A stretch of 56,740 bases of DNA from an uncultured Alphaproteobacteria bacterium. GTDB lineage: Bacteria > Pseudomonadota > Alphaproteobacteria > RF32 > CAG-239. Location of the stretch: assembly GCA_944390905.1 (NCBI GenBank), contig CALXRR010000003.1, positions 1 through 56,740 on the forward strand, written 5' to 3'. The first letter of the stretch is position 1; each line of letters opens with the position of its first letter. A program made the translations under genes and the position numbers. This document shows positions 28,728 through 40,100 of this stretch, piece by piece. The notes beneath the pieces are model-generated. The model saw nothing but the letters and a program-made list of their open reading frames with translations. It searched no databases and was not told where the DNA came from.

Positions 28728-29054
28728 ATGGAAACAGTTTTACTCGTATTACATTTGCTGGTAGCCATCTTCTTGGTCTGCTTTATTTTGATGCAGAAGT
28801 CAGGCGGAGGCGCCTTAGATGGACTGGGCGGCGGCTCTGGCGCATCAAGCTTTTTGAGCGCCCGCGGCACCGGCAACTTTTTGACCCGTACCACAGCCAT
28901 CTTGGCAACGGTATTTTTCATCACCAGTATTTCTCTTTCAATATATTATAAGAATGTTGAGCGCAAAGCCTCTTCAATCATAGAGCTTACACCGGTTAGC
29001 CAAGAGGCTCCGGCAGTCCCTGAGACACCGACAGTCCCCACGGCAGAGAAATAG
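28728..29054 (+). CDS. secG: Preprotein translocase subunit SecG
   Basis: Two TMs with Gly-rich loop, GNFLTRTTAILA; between tpiA and pyrG. Confidence 0.93.
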   Translation: METVLLVLHLLVAIFLVCFILMQKSGGGALDGLGGGSGASSFLSARGTGNFLTRTTAILATVFFITSISLSIYYKNVERKASSIIELTPVSQEAPAVPETPTVPTAEK

Positions 29055-29077
29055 ATGAGACAGTTTCACCAACATAG

Positions 29078-29106
29078 CAAAGGCACCTCCAAACAAGGTG
29101 CCTTTG
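29078..29106 (+). terminator. Stem-loop after secG
   Basis: CAAAGGCACCT...AGGTGCCTTTG. Confidence 0.6.
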
Positions 29107-29131
29107 TCACTTTAAAATAAAGGTAAAAATC

Positions 29132-30799
29132 ATGACAATTCAACATAAAATAGATAGCATTTTACAAAAGCAAACCAAGTTTATTTTTATTACCGGCGGT
29201 GTTGTATCCTCTTTGGGCAAAGGTCTGGCCTCAGCTTCTTTAGCCAGTATTTTGCAGTCGCGCGGCTTTAAGGTTAGGCTGCGCAAGCTTGACCCTTATT
29301 TGAATGTTGACCCCGGAACCATGAGCCCTTATCAACACGGTGAGGTATTCGTAACCGATGACGGTACCGAGGCTGACTTGGATTTGGGGCATTATGAACG
29401 TTTTTCAGGTGTTCCGGCCAAGCGAGCCGACAGCATTACCACCGGCATTATCTATCAGCGCGTTATTGATAAAGAGCGTCACGGGGACTATCTTGGCGCC
29501 ACCATTCAGGTTGTTCCTCACGTTACTAATGAGATTAAAGACTTTATCTTGTCTGATGTTACCGATGAAGACTTCGTCTTGTGCGAAATCGGCGGCACTG
29601 TAGGCGATATTGAAGGCCAACCTTACCTTGAGGCTATCCGCCAATTGGCTTATGAGCTTGGGCGCGAAAGAGTTATGTTTATCCACGTTACTCTGCTGCC
29701 CTATATTCCGGCCGCCGGCGAGCTCAAAACCAAACCGACGCAGCACTCGGTCAAAAAGCTTCAGGAATACGGAATCCAGCCCGATATGTTGCTCTGTCGC
29801 TCTCAAATTGAGATTCCGCAAAACGAAAAGCGCAAAATTGCCCAGTTCTGTAATGTTAAGGAAGAAAATGTTATTGCGGCCTTGGATGTCAAGAGCATTT
29901 ACCAAGTTCCGATTTCTTATTCGCATGAGGGGATGGACGCCGCCGTTTGTAAATACTTTGGCTTGACCGATGTCAAAGCCCCCGATTTAAGCAAATGGGA
30001 GCATATTGTAGATGTTTTGCAAAACCCCGAAGGCACGGTTAATATAGCGGTTGTTGGCAAATACACCCAGCTTTTGGAAGCATATAAATCGCTTAATGAG
30101 GCTTTGGTTCACGGCGGTATTGCCAACAAATATAAAGTTAAAATAAAATGGATTGACGCTGAAAAGCTTGAGGATGAAGACGCCGAACAAGAATTGTCTG
30201 ATGTTAGCGGTATCTTAGTCCCCGGAGGCTTTGGCCAAAGAGGTACCGAGGGCAAAATCAAAGCCATCAAATACGCTCGTGAGCATAAAGTTCCGTTTCT
30301 GGGGATCTGCTTTGGTATGCAAATGGCAGTTATTGAGACCATGCGCGATGTCGCCGGAATCAAAAACGCCGGCACCACTGAGTTTATGCCTGATTGTGAG
30401 CCGGTTGTAGGCTTAATGACCGAATGGGATAAGGACGGAGCCAAACAAATCCGCCACAAAGACGGCGACTTAGGCGGCACCATGCGCCTTGGTGCTTATG
30501 AATGTAAGTTAGAGCAGGGGTCTTTGGTTGCGTCTGTCTACGGCAAAGATAGAATATCAGAGCGCCACCGCCATCGCTATGAGGTTAATATCAAATATGA
30601 GCCGATATTGAACAAAAGCGGTATGACCATATCAGGACGCTCACCGGAAGGCAATTTGCCGGAGATTGTAGAAATCAAGGATCACCCATGGTTTATCGGC
30701 GTTCAGTTCCATCCTGAGCTCAAGTCCAAACCATTTGAGCCGCACCCGCTGTTTGTATCATTTGTTAAGGCCGCGATAGAAAACAGCCGCTTGATTTAA
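29132..30799 (+). CDS. pyrG: CTP synthase
   Basis: [32 protein letters not shown]. Confidence 0.98.
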   Translation: MTIQHKIDSILQKQTKFIFITGGVVSSLGKGLASASLASILQSRGFKVRLRKLDPYLNVDPGTMSPYQHGEVFVTDDGTEADLDLGHYERFSGVPAKRADSITTGIIYQRVIDKERHGDYLGATIQVVPHVTNEIKDFILSDVTDEDFVLCEIGGTVGDIEGQPYLEAIRQLAYELGRERVMFIHVTLLPYIPAAGELKTKPTQHSVKKLQEYGIQPDMLLCRSQIEIPQNEKRKIAQFCNVKEENVIAALDVKSIYQVPISYSHEGMDAAVCKYFGLTDVKAPDLSKWEHIVDVLQNPEGTVNIAVVGKYTQLLEAYKSLNEALVHGGIANKYKVKIKWIDAEKLEDEDAEQELSDVSGILVPGGFGQRGTEGKIKAIKYAREHKVPFLGICFGMQMAVIETMRDVAGIKNAGTTEFMPDCEPVVGLMTEWDKDGAKQIRHKDGDLGGTMRLGAYECKLEQGSLVASVYGKDRISERHRHRYEVNIKYEPILNKSGMTISGRSPEGNLPEIVEIKDHPWFIGVQFHPELKSKPFEPHPLFVSFVKAAIENSRLI

Positions 30800-30817
30800 G
30801 TTAGGGGCTTATTTATC

Positions 30818-30849
30818 AAAACAGGCGAGGGGGACCACGCCTGTTTTTT
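30818..30849 (+). terminator. pyrG terminator
   Basis: AAAACAGGCG...CGCCTGTTTTTT. Confidence 0.8.
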
Positions 30850-30942
30850 GTTGTTTAGCAATATATTGCAAACAAATGTTATGTAAAAACCTCTTGCTTT
30901 TTGGATATTTTCTGTTATATCCGATATATCATTTAAATAATT

Positions 30943-31692
30943 ATGTTGTACTTTTATAAATTTATTCTTATGGAAAAGCTTAATGAAGCAATACAGAAAC
31001 TGATTTCTGTTTCACCATTGGTGCAAAATTGTTATGCTTTGTCAGCGGTTGATTTAGCCACCGGCCAAAGTCAAGACAAAGATTTACTTGCTTATCTGGT
31101 CAAGAGTACGGAACTTTCGCCTAACTATGCTAAGCAGGGGATGTTAAAACCTTATCAGCATATAGTTATCTTCGGCGACGCGCTGATGTCCGGTATCTAT
31201 GCCGCTTATGCTTACCATGTTTTGCGTAAGGCTTATGATATAATTCCGAGTGTTACACTGATTCAACTTGATGATGTCGTGATGCGCCAAACCGCTTTTT
31301 GTACGGATAAGATACTCAAAGACCTTGGTGTTTTGAAGCTTAATCGCGATTGGGATGACGACTATGAATGCCCTGACAACACTTTGCTGATTATTCCGCA
31401 ACATCGTTCGCTGATGATTCAAGACAAAATCATCGGTAATGACTTGGGCATTTACACAATCCCCGGAAAAGATGTTATTTTGGGCGATAGGGATTTGTCA
31501 TTGTTTTATATTGATGAAAGCGTGCATATTCTGCGCCGCCGCAAGCAACATCCCGAATGCGTTGAATGGTGGTCTGAGGCTATCCGCCAAATTTCTTTTG
31601 GAGACAAGGATGCCTACGCCGAAGCCGTTGATAAGGAAATACAAAGACTTATTTCAAGCCACGCACCACGGATTAAGCAATTGTTTTATTAA
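30943..31692 (+). CDS. Hypothetical protein, paralog of 31820-32890 (possible divergent YdcF/DUF218-like fold)
   Basis: 249-aa ORF with its own terminator; shared motifs with its neighbour; start may be 30970. Confidence 0.7.
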   Translation: MLYFYKFILMEKLNEAIQKLISVSPLVQNCYALSAVDLATGQSQDKDLLAYLVKSTELSPNYAKQGMLKPYQHIVIFGDALMSGIYAAYAYHVLRKAYDIIPSVTLIQLDDVVMRQTAFCTDKILKDLGVLKLNRDWDDDYECPDNTLLIIPQHRSLMIQDKIIGNDLGIYTIPGKDVILGDRDLSLFYIDESVHILRRRKQHPECVEWWSEAIRQISFGDKDAYAEAVDKEIQRLISSHAPRIKQLFY

Positions 31693-31698
31693 AAGGCG

Positions 31699-31729
31699 AA
31701 AGCCCCGCATTTTTTTGATGCGGGGTTTT
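31699..31729 (+). terminator. Intrinsic terminator
   Basis: CCCCGCAT...ATGCGGGG followed by TTTT. Confidence 0.8.
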
Positions 31730-31742
31730 GCTTTAAAAAAAC

Positions 31743-31770
31743 TTGCAATTATAAAAAAACGTGCTATAAA
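31743..31770 (+). promoter_or_regulatory. Sigma70-like promoter
   Basis: TTGCAA-N16-TATAAA with extended TG. Confidence 0.5.
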
Positions 31771-31819
31771 TTGACACAATAATTGATTATTATGTCTAAC
31801 AATTAAATTTTAGAGTATT

Positions 31820-32890
31820 ATGAACAACTCAATTTTCAGCAACATTGTGGCGCTCAACAAGGTTTTGCCGTCACAGGGAAGTAATGACATTTATCAGTGC
31901 CCAAATCAATCGTTTATTGAGCAGAGTAAATGGATAATCTATGGCAATAGCCTAGCAGGACGAAAGATGTTGAATGTTTTGAAAGAATATTCCAATTTCG
32001 CCAATACCAACCGCGTAATGGATATTGACTTGCGCATTCCGTTGATTAGTTTTGCTGAGCGAGACTATCTCAGTAGTGTGATAGGACAAATGGTTAAAAT
32101 TTTTCCAGATAGTCAAGGGCTTATTATCTGCCATCCACGTATTTTCCATCAGATTGATTTTTGCCCTAATATCAAATGTGTTACGTTTGGTTTCAACCAA
32201 GATACACTGCAAACATTGGTTTCACACCAAGATCTCTGGAGTAGTGAGGAGGCGTTATACTTGCGTCAGGAAGGTTATTCTAACCGAATTTTCTATCATT
32301 GGAATATGAAACCGTTTAAATGTATTTATATCTACGGTGATGACATGGACTCTATTTTATATGCTGCTTATGCTTGGCATTTGCAAGTCAAAGAGCACCA
32401 TCAAGCGCCCAAGATTGTCGTTTTGAACAATTCACATTTCCTCTATGATCGGATGGATATAGCAGAACATGTTCTCTCCGCTCTTTGCCCTCAGGCTGAT
32501 TTAGATATTTGGCGTCAAGCTTCGATTTCGGAGCTGAAGTCTTATGGAGCAGATGCTTTGTTTATAGCACCGCAACATCGTGCACTTTACGTCCGAGAAC
32601 GTCTTAAGGAGAGCGACATTTCGCTATATGTCATCAAAGAAAATATGCGAGATAAACTCTATCGCCCATCGACAGATGTCAAATCCATGTTGTTCTATTT
32701 GAACAAGAGTGTTGATTTGCTGCCAGTTGGAGGTGGACATCAGGCATTGTGTTCAGCTTGGGCTAACAATTATGCTCTGGTAGGAGAGTATACCAAGCGA
32801 GATATGGTTGAGATTATGTCCTCGGCTCAACAAGAGGCTATGGATCGTATCAAAGCTGAAGAAGTCAAAATCAATCAAATTTTTAGTTGA
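31820..32890 (+). CDS. Hypothetical protein, paralog of 30943-31692
   Basis: 356-aa ORF; YGDDMDSILYAAYAWH, IAPQHRAL, LFYLNKSVDLL align with its neighbour. Confidence 0.75.
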   Translation: MNNSIFSNIVALNKVLPSQGSNDIYQCPNQSFIEQSKWIIYGNSLAGRKMLNVLKEYSNFANTNRVMDIDLRIPLISFAERDYLSSVIGQMVKIFPDSQGLIICHPRIFHQIDFCPNIKCVTFGFNQDTLQTLVSHQDLWSSEEALYLRQEGYSNRIFYHWNMKPFKCIYIYGDDMDSILYAAYAWHLQVKEHHQAPKIVVLNNSHFLYDRMDIAEHVLSALCPQADLDIWRQASISELKSYGADALFIAPQHRALYVRERLKESDISLYVIKENMRDKLYRPSTDVKSMLFYLNKSVDLLPVGGGHQALCSAWANNYALVGEYTKRDMVEIMSSAQQEAMDRIKAEEVKINQIFS

Positions 32891-32897
32891 AAATTAT

Positions 32898-32927
32898 CCC
32901 CTGAATGGAATAACATTCAGGGGTTTT
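32898..32927 (+). terminator. Intrinsic terminator
   Basis: CCCCTGAATG...CATTCAGGGGTTTT. Confidence 0.8.
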
Positions 32928-33015
32928 CTGTTATTATCCGCTGAAAGTTTGTTGCGAGGTATCTAAAAATATGCTATTGATATAGGCAAATAAACAGATA
33001 TAACAGGAGCATATA

Positions 33016-33861
33016 ATGGAACAACGTACCGTTAAAATCGGCAATTTTGAAATTGGCAATAAACTTCCTCTAGCTTTGCTTGCCGGTCCTTGCCAAATTG
33101 AGAGCCGCCAACACGCTATTGATATGGCCGGACAACTGGTTGAAATTACAAAAGAATTAGGGATTAATTATATCTTTAAGGCCTCGTTTGATAAAGCCAA
33201 CCGCTCATCAATCAACACTCCGCGCGGTGTAGGCTTGGAAGAGGGGATGCGTACCTTTGATGAAATCAAAAAATTGTTTAATAACATACCAATAGTAACC
33301 GACATTCACGAAAAAGAACAATGTGCTGAAGTCGCGCCTCATGTTGATATGCTGCAAATTCCGGCATTTTTGTGCCGCCAGACCGATTTGGTTGTCGCCG
33401 CCGCACATACCGGCAAAGTTATTAATATCAAGAAGGGTCAGTTTTTAGCTCCATGGGATATGAAGAATATCGTCAAAAAGGCTGAAGATTCCGGTAATAT
33501 GAACGTGTGTGTTACGGAGCGCGGCGCCAGCTTTGGGTATAATACCTTGGTAACTGATTTTAGGGGATTGCCGCGTATGGCTAAAGATACCGGCTGTCCG
33601 GTAATTTTTGATGCTACTCACTCGGTACAACAACCCGGAGGCTTGGGGGGAACCTCAGGCGGACAGCGTGAATACGCACCGGTTTTGGCTCGTGCAGCCG
33701 TCGCCGTTGGTGTTGCTGCCGTGTTTATTGAAACCCACGACAATCCGGATAAAGCCTTGTCTGACGGACCTAATATGATACCTCTGCATGACATGAAACG
33801 CGTCTTGACAGAGTTACAGGCCTACGACCATATAACCAAGTCCATGATACATGACTATTAA
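33016..33861 (+). CDS. kdsA: KDO 8-phosphate synthase
   Basis: AGPCQIE, KASFDKANRSS, IPAFLCRQTDL, DATHSVQQPG. Confidence 0.97.
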   Translation: MEQRTVKIGNFEIGNKLPLALLAGPCQIESRQHAIDMAGQLVEITKELGINYIFKASFDKANRSSINTPRGVGLEEGMRTFDEIKKLFNNIPIVTDIHEKEQCAEVAPHVDMLQIPAFLCRQTDLVVAAAHTGKVINIKKGQFLAPWDMKNIVKKAEDSGNMNVCVTERGASFGYNTLVTDFRGLPRMAKDTGCPVIFDATHSVQQPGGLGGTSGGQREYAPVLARAAVAVGVAAVFIETHDNPDKALSDGPNMIPLHDMKRVLTELQAYDHITKSMIHDY

Positions 33862-33884
33862 TTTAGGCAAAACAGTAGGTTATT

Positions 33885-34610
33885 GTGACAAGCTTTTCTG
33901 ATGAAGGTTATATAATCAAGCAGCGCCGCCACGGCGAGCGCTCGCTTATTTTGACCGTTTTGACCCAAAACAACGGCAAGCTGACCGGCTATGTCAAAAA
34001 CGCCATAAGCAAGAATAATTTAGCGATATATCAACTAGGTAATAGCATAAAGTTAAACGCTTACTCCCGTTTGGAAGAAAATATGTATAGCTTTCATGTG
34101 GAGTTGGTATCGGCTAATTCGGTAAATTTTATGGCCTCGCCGGAAAAACTTGCCGCACTGGGTTCGCTTTGCGAGCTGTGCAATGATTGCTTGCCCGAAA
34201 AAGAAAATACAGAGAGGTTTTACAACGTAATAGATAAGTTTTTTAAACAAATAAATGAAGATAATTGGAGAACATATTATTCTTACTTTGAATTTTATTT
34301 GCTGGACTATCTAGGTATCGGGCTCGATTTGAGCCGTTGCGCCGTTACGGGGCAGCGCAGCAATTTGCGCTATGTATCGCCCAAAAGCGGCAAAGCCGTC
34401 AGCGCCGAGGCCGGAGCCCCATATCAAAACCGCCTGTTTGCTTATCCTGAATATATTATTAAGCACAACGAGCACCCGAGCTTAAAAGAAATCTCTGATA
34501 CCCTTAAAATGACAGAGTTTTTCCTAAATAAAAATTTTTTTCAGCTTCATGGCTTGAAATTCCCTGAAAACCGTGTTAATTTGCGTGATAATTTGATTAA
34601 ACATCTATAA
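33885..34610 (+). CDS. recO: DNA repair protein RecO
   Basis: RRHGERSLIL N-terminus; GLDLSRCAVTG...YVSPKSGKAVS as in alphaproteobacterial RecO. Confidence 0.92.
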   Translation: MTSFSDEGYIIKQRRHGERSLILTVLTQNNGKLTGYVKNAISKNNLAIYQLGNSIKLNAYSRLEENMYSFHVELVSANSVNFMASPEKLAALGSLCELCNDCLPEKENTERFYNVIDKFFKQINEDNWRTYYSYFEFYLLDYLGIGLDLSRCAVTGQRSNLRYVSPKSGKAVSAEAGAPYQNRLFAYPEYIIKHNEHPSLKEISDTLKMTEFFLNKNFFQLHGLKFPENRVNLRDNLIKHL

Positions 34611-34613
34611 TAA

Positions 34614-36860
34614 TTGGATACCGAAATGTCTGAACCCATTGTTGAAAATGAAGAAAAAATAAAAGACGTCCACCTTGCGGAAGAGTTAAGTTCGCGCTAC
34701 CTGTCTTATGCAATGTCGACCATTGTGTCGCGTTCTTTGCCTGATGTCCGTGACGGATTAAAACCGGTTCACCGCCGCTTGCTGTTTGCCATGCGCCAGC
34801 TCCATTTGGATCCTAAATCCGGTTTTAAGAAATGCGCGCGTGTCGTTGGTGATGTTATCGGTAAATATCACCCCCATGGTGATAGCGCGGTTTATGGGGC
34901 AATGGTGCGTCTGGCACAAGATTTTTCGGTACGATATCCGTTGGTTGACGGGCAAGGCAACTTTGGCAACATTGATGGCGACGGCGCCGCTGCCATGCGT
35001 TATACTGAGGCCCGATTAACCGAATTTGCCATGGCTTTGATGGAAGGGCTTAATGAAAATGCCGTCGATTTCCGCGAAACCTACGATGGTGAAGAGGAAG
35101 AACCTGTCGTTATGCCTTCAATGGTGCCCAACTTGTTGTGTAACGGTTCCGCCGGTATTGCCGTAGGTATGGCCACCAATATCCCTCCGCATAACTTGAG
35201 TGAAGTCTGCGACGCTCTTTTGTTTCTGATTGAAAATCCTGATTGCGATATCGAGCCTCTGGTCAAACGTATTAAAGGGCCTGATTTTCCGACCGGTGGT
35301 ATTATTGTTGATAAGTTTGAGAGTATTCTTAATACTTATAAACAGGGGCGTGGCGTTTTTCGCATTCGTGCCCGCTGGGAAAAAGAGGAGCTCAGCCACG
35401 GTTTGTACCAAATTGTGGTTAAAGAGATTCCATATCAGGTTATTAAATCTAAATTAATTGAGCGCATTGCCAACCTTTTGTTTGATAAAAAAATTCCGTT
35501 ATTAGCGGATGTTAGGGACGAATCTTCACACGATGTCCGCATTGTATTGGAACCCAAAAACCGCTCTGTCGATGCCAACCTTTTAATGGAGCATTTGTTC
35601 AAAGAAACCGAGCTGGAATCCCGTTTCAATATGAATATGAATGTGCTGGATTCTGAGGGCGTTCCTCATGTCTTGGACATCAAACAGGTTTTGCACGAGT
35701 TTTTACAGCACCGCCATCAGGTTTTGGTACGACGCGCTCAGCATCGGTTAGATAAAATTAATATCCGCCTTGAAATTTTGTCTGGTTACCTGATTGCGTA
35801 CCTTAATTTGGATGAAATAATCCGTATCATCCGTGAAGAAGATGACCCCAAGGCGGTAATGATGCAAAAATTCAACCTTACGGATAATCAGGCTGAAGCC
35901 ATTTTGAATATGAAACTCCGCTCTCTGCGTAAACTTGAAGAAGCCGAGATAAAACAAGAGTTTGATGACTTAAGCGCTGAAAAATCAGAGCTTGAACTCC
36001 TCTTAAACAATGAGGACAAACGCTGGGAGGCTATTGCCGGTGAAATTAAGCTGATTAAAGAAAAATTCGGCAAAAAGACGGCTCTTGGCCGCCGTCGTAC
36101 CGATTTTGCAGAGGCTCCCGCTGATATTGAAGTCCCGCTTGAAGCTTTGGTTGAAAAAGAGCCGATAACCGTTATTTTGTCGCAAAAAGGGTGGATACGC
36201 TGCCTCAAAGGCCATGTTGACTTAAATGAAGACTTTAAGTTTAAAGATGATGATGCCTTAGAGTGCGCCATTCACGCCCAAACCACTGATAAGATTATTC
36301 TTTTTGATACCGCCGGAAAATTCTATACTATTCCTGCCAGTGAGATTCCTAGCGGCCGCGGTTTTGGCCAGCCGGTCAGATTAATGATAGATTTGGGCAT
36401 TTCTGATTCCATCAGTACGATGTTCTGTTTTGAGCCTGGAGCCCGCTATGTTATTGCCTCTAATACCGGTCGCGGCTTTTTGGTTGATGAAAATCACATT
36501 TTGGCCCAAACCCGCAATGGCCGCAAGATTATGAATCTGGCTGATGATGAAAAGTCCGTATTCTGCAAAAAAGTCACCGGCGATATGGTCGCCATTATTG
36601 GTGAAAACCGCAAACTTCTGGTCTTCAAACTTGAAGAGATTCCCACCATGGCTCGCGGCCGCGGTGTAACCTTGCAGAAGTATAAAGACGGCAATATGTC
36701 AGATATCCAAATTTTCAAGGAAGAAGAGGGCTTTACCTATAATCGAGCCGGCGGCACCAAGACCGAGACCGACTTGCTGAGCTGGCTTGGTCATCGCGCC
36801 CAAATTGGCAAGCTGGCTCCGTTCGGCTTCCCAAAGAGCAACAAATTCTTAAAGGATTAA
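34614..36860 (+). CDS. parC: DNA topoisomerase IV subunit A
   Basis: [26 protein letters not shown]; no GyrA box; ATG at 34626 is the likely start. Confidence 0.95.
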   Translation: MDTEMSEPIVENEEKIKDVHLAEELSSRYLSYAMSTIVSRSLPDVRDGLKPVHRRLLFAMRQLHLDPKSGFKKCARVVGDVIGKYHPHGDSAVYGAMVRLAQDFSVRYPLVDGQGNFGNIDGDGAAAMRYTEARLTEFAMALMEGLNENAVDFRETYDGEEEEPVVMPSMVPNLLCNGSAGIAVGMATNIPPHNLSEVCDALLFLIENPDCDIEPLVKRIKGPDFPTGGIIVDKFESILNTYKQGRGVFRIRARWEKEELSHGLYQIVVKEIPYQVIKSKLIERIANLLFDKKIPLLADVRDESSHDVRIVLEPKNRSVDANLLMEHLFKETELESRFNMNMNVLDSEGVPHVLDIKQVLHEFLQHRHQVLVRRAQHRLDKINIRLEILSGYLIAYLNLDEIIRIIREEDDPKAVMMQKFNLTDNQAEAILNMKLRSLRKLEEAEIKQEFDDLSAEKSELELLLNNEDKRWEAIAGEIKLIKEKFGKKTALGRRRTDFAEAPADIEVPLEALVEKEPITVILSQKGWIRCLKGHVDLNEDFKFKDDDALECAIHAQTTDKIILFDTAGKFYTIPASEIPSGRGFGQPVRLMIDLGISDSISTMFCFEPGARYVIASNTGRGFLVDENHILAQTRNGRKIMNLADDEKSVFCKKVTGDMVAIIGENRKLLVFKLEEIPTMARGRGVTLQKYKDGNMSDIQIFKEEEGFTYNRAGGTKTETDLLSWLGHRAQIGKLAPFGFPKSNKFLKD

Positions 36861-36866
36861 TGCCAG

Positions 36867-37064
36867 ATGAGCGAAGTTTTGTTTGAATATATGCGCATTG
36901 GTAACAATGTTAAAGTCACGGCTATCGAGAGCTCAACTAAAGTTGAGGTTAGCGTGATAGTTCCGGCCTCATTGAGTGAGGAACAAATGCAACTTCAAGC
37001 CTTAAAGAAGCTCAAATATGTTTTGGAGAAGCAAGTCTCACAGCAATCAGAATTAAGATTGTGA
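36867..37064 (+). CDS. Small conserved alphaproteobacterial protein (DUF6898-like)
   Basis: EVLFEY.RIG..VKVTAIE....EVSV...ALKKLKYVL pattern. Confidence 0.65.
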   Translation: MSEVLFEYMRIGNNVKVTAIESSTKVEVSVIVPASLSEEQMQLQALKKLKYVLEKQVSQQSELRL

Positions 37065-37168
37065 ATAAATATAGCTAAAATGCTTAAATTGCTTTAAATT
37101 ATTAAAAAATGGTATACAATAACCCCGATTATATTCACCGACTTAAGGGGAAAAGGGGAGCTATATTT

Positions 37169-40100
37169 ATGTCTCAAGAACAAACAAAAAAAACGCAAGA
37201 GCCAAGTACAAACCAAATTACATTAGAGTCGCAAAATAGCTGGCTTAATAATAACCTCTATCGCTTAATGATATGGGTTAGTGCCGTCTGGGCGATTATA
37301 GTATTGTTTTACATTACTCAGTTTTTTGGATGGTCAAATTTGTTTTTGATGATGCCGGACGAGTTTGGCGGATTTTTGGCCGGAGTTACGCTCCCATTGG
37401 CGATTATCTGGATTGTAGTTGCGTATATTGACCGCGGTACCAGCTTTAAGAATGAGGCACGTTTTTTAAGAGCTTATATGAACCAACTGGTTTATCCTGA
37501 AGACGGCGGAGCCCAAACTGCCAAAGCTCTGGCTGATGGTATCCGTTCCCAAGTCGTAGAAATGCAAGAAGCCACCAAACTGGCCATGGAACACAGTGCC
37601 AATATTAAGACAGAATTAAGCGCCCGAGTTGAAGATTTTTCCAAATTAGTAGCGGTGCTTGATAACTATTCGTCAAAAACTATTGTCGAGTTAGCCAATA
37701 CGGTTAAAGAATTATCTCAAAATTTTGAGCAACTTAACAGCAAGGCTCTTCAATCAACCCAAACCTTTCAAAACTATACCAAAGATTTCACAGCTAGCAT
37801 GTCCTCAATGCAAAAAGATGCCGACGCTTTGGTACATAATATTCTGCCCAATATTAATGAGATAAAATATTCTGTTGAACTATTGCAAAAAGTTTCAGAA
37901 CAAAGCAATCAAGATTTAATCAAGACTAATGAGGCTGTTTTGGCCATAGCCGAAAAATCCAACAGCAACATAGCTCAAGCAGCAGATATTTTATCCGCTC
38001 AAGCCGGCCGTATTGAAGGAATATCTCAACAAGCCGTTAAAGATTGTGATAATATTCGCCAGACCATAGATTCAAGCGTTAAAAGCATAGCTGATGTCAT
38101 GCAGGCTCAGACCCAAAGCATGCAAAACTATATTGATATGTTGAATCATAATGCCGACAACTTAGGGCAAAAGTTCAGCGAGCAGGGCGCATTCGTAGGA
38201 CAAGAAGTTGACAAGATTATCTCAAGAGCTAATGTAGCTGAAGAAAGCATCGCTCTCCAGGTAAGAGAATTGCACGGAGTTTCAGATGACATTGTCAATG
38301 CATTACAAAATGCTGAAAATTCAATTAAATCAGAAACAGAACATCTCCAAAAGACCGGAGAAATAGCCGTTAGTAATATTAATACGGTAGTAGATAGTTT
38401 AAGTAAAGAAGCATCTAAAGTAGCCGAGCTTGCTGATAACACCATATTAAAGACCGGCACCTTGACCGATGAGTTAATCAATCAACACAATCGGTTGGAT
38501 GTCCAAGCTAACACCAATATGAATACTTTGCGTTCATTAGGACAAGAGCTTGCCGCCCGAGTTGAAAGCTTAAAGACACAAACCAGCATATCAGTCTCGC
38601 AGTTTAATGAAATCGGTACCTCAATGAAAAAGAATGCTGATTTTATTAACGAGTCCTCTTCAATTATTGTAGCTCAAAGCAAAGTTAGTGAAGCAGCTTT
38701 AGCCCAGCAACACCGTCATATTAATAGCTCTATGAGCCGTATTGACGAGATTAAAGGAGAATTAAAACGCGAGATTGATGAACTTAATAGAGCATCATCA
38801 ATGATGAATGAAGACGCTCTCCAAGCTATCGGTGGACTTCGCTCTCAAATGGAGGATATTCTGGCCGTTTCAGAATCTGTTATAGAGAAAAGCCGCACCT
38901 TAGGCGCAGGACTTAAGGAACAAGGTCAAGATTTTGCCACCGTAGCCGAGGCCGTTTATGACAAAGTTAATACCGTCAGCGACACTTTGGAAGAACATTA
39001 TAAAAAGCTTGAAATTGTTGGTGACAGCATAGACAAGCGAGCAGATAATCTCGCTCAGACTTTAACCATGCAGGCAGAGATTATTACCAAGTCCACCGAA
39101 AATTCCGAAAAAACGCATAGCGACTTGCTCAATTATTTTCAGCAACAAAATGCAGCTCTTAATGCTTCTGCCGAGCAATTCTCAGGCTTTGTTAATGATA
39201 TGATAAAAGCTTTTGATGAAAAAGCTGAAACAGTTGGCTTGCTGTTTAAACACCAAGAAAACGAGTTTATGAATATCTGCGACCGTATTTCGGAGAATAC
39301 CAATAACATAGGCAGCTCACTTAAGAAACAAGTTTCAATTATTGAGCAAAATGCAGACAGAGTCTTTTCACGCTTAGCTATGCTTGAAGAAGACGCCGGT
39401 AAGCGAAATGAAGCTATTAATGACAATGTTGTCAAATCAATAGATAAGTTAATCCAAGTTAACAAAGCTGTTGAAGAACAAAACGATGAAGTTAGCCGGG
39501 TAATAGACGGTTTGCATAATAAAATCAAAGATATTACCGAAGAATTTACCGGTATGTTATCAAACTTAAATTCAGCCTTTGGTAATGTTAAGGATGAGGC
39601 GGATAGTACGAGCCGTAGTGTTAACGAGCATTGCCAGAAATTAAGCGACAGCATCGACCGCTTAGGCAAAGAAAGCCGCACAATATACAATACGATAGAC
39701 AGCCATGTCAAAGATTTGGATAACGCATTGGTTAAGACCCAAGCGCAAAGTGATACCATAAAAGAATCATTTACTCAGCAAATAGACAGCCTGTCCGATA
39801 TAGTAAATGTAGTCTCAACCCAGACACGCCTGGGAGAGGCATCATTAGCCCAGCAGTATAAGTATCTGTCAGATGCTTCAGTGACGATATTCCAACAAGT
39901 TACAGAAACGACAGAGAATTTAAAACAATGCAGCGATAATATAATGGAGAAAACCAGCAAGGTTTCTGTTGAGTTTGATGCTTTAGGCGATAAATTGCTT
40001 AAAATTAATGACGATGTTATCAAATCAACTAAGGTATCGAATAAAAATATAGAACAAATAGGCATATTATTAAGCCAGGCTGCAGATGATTTAGATAAAA

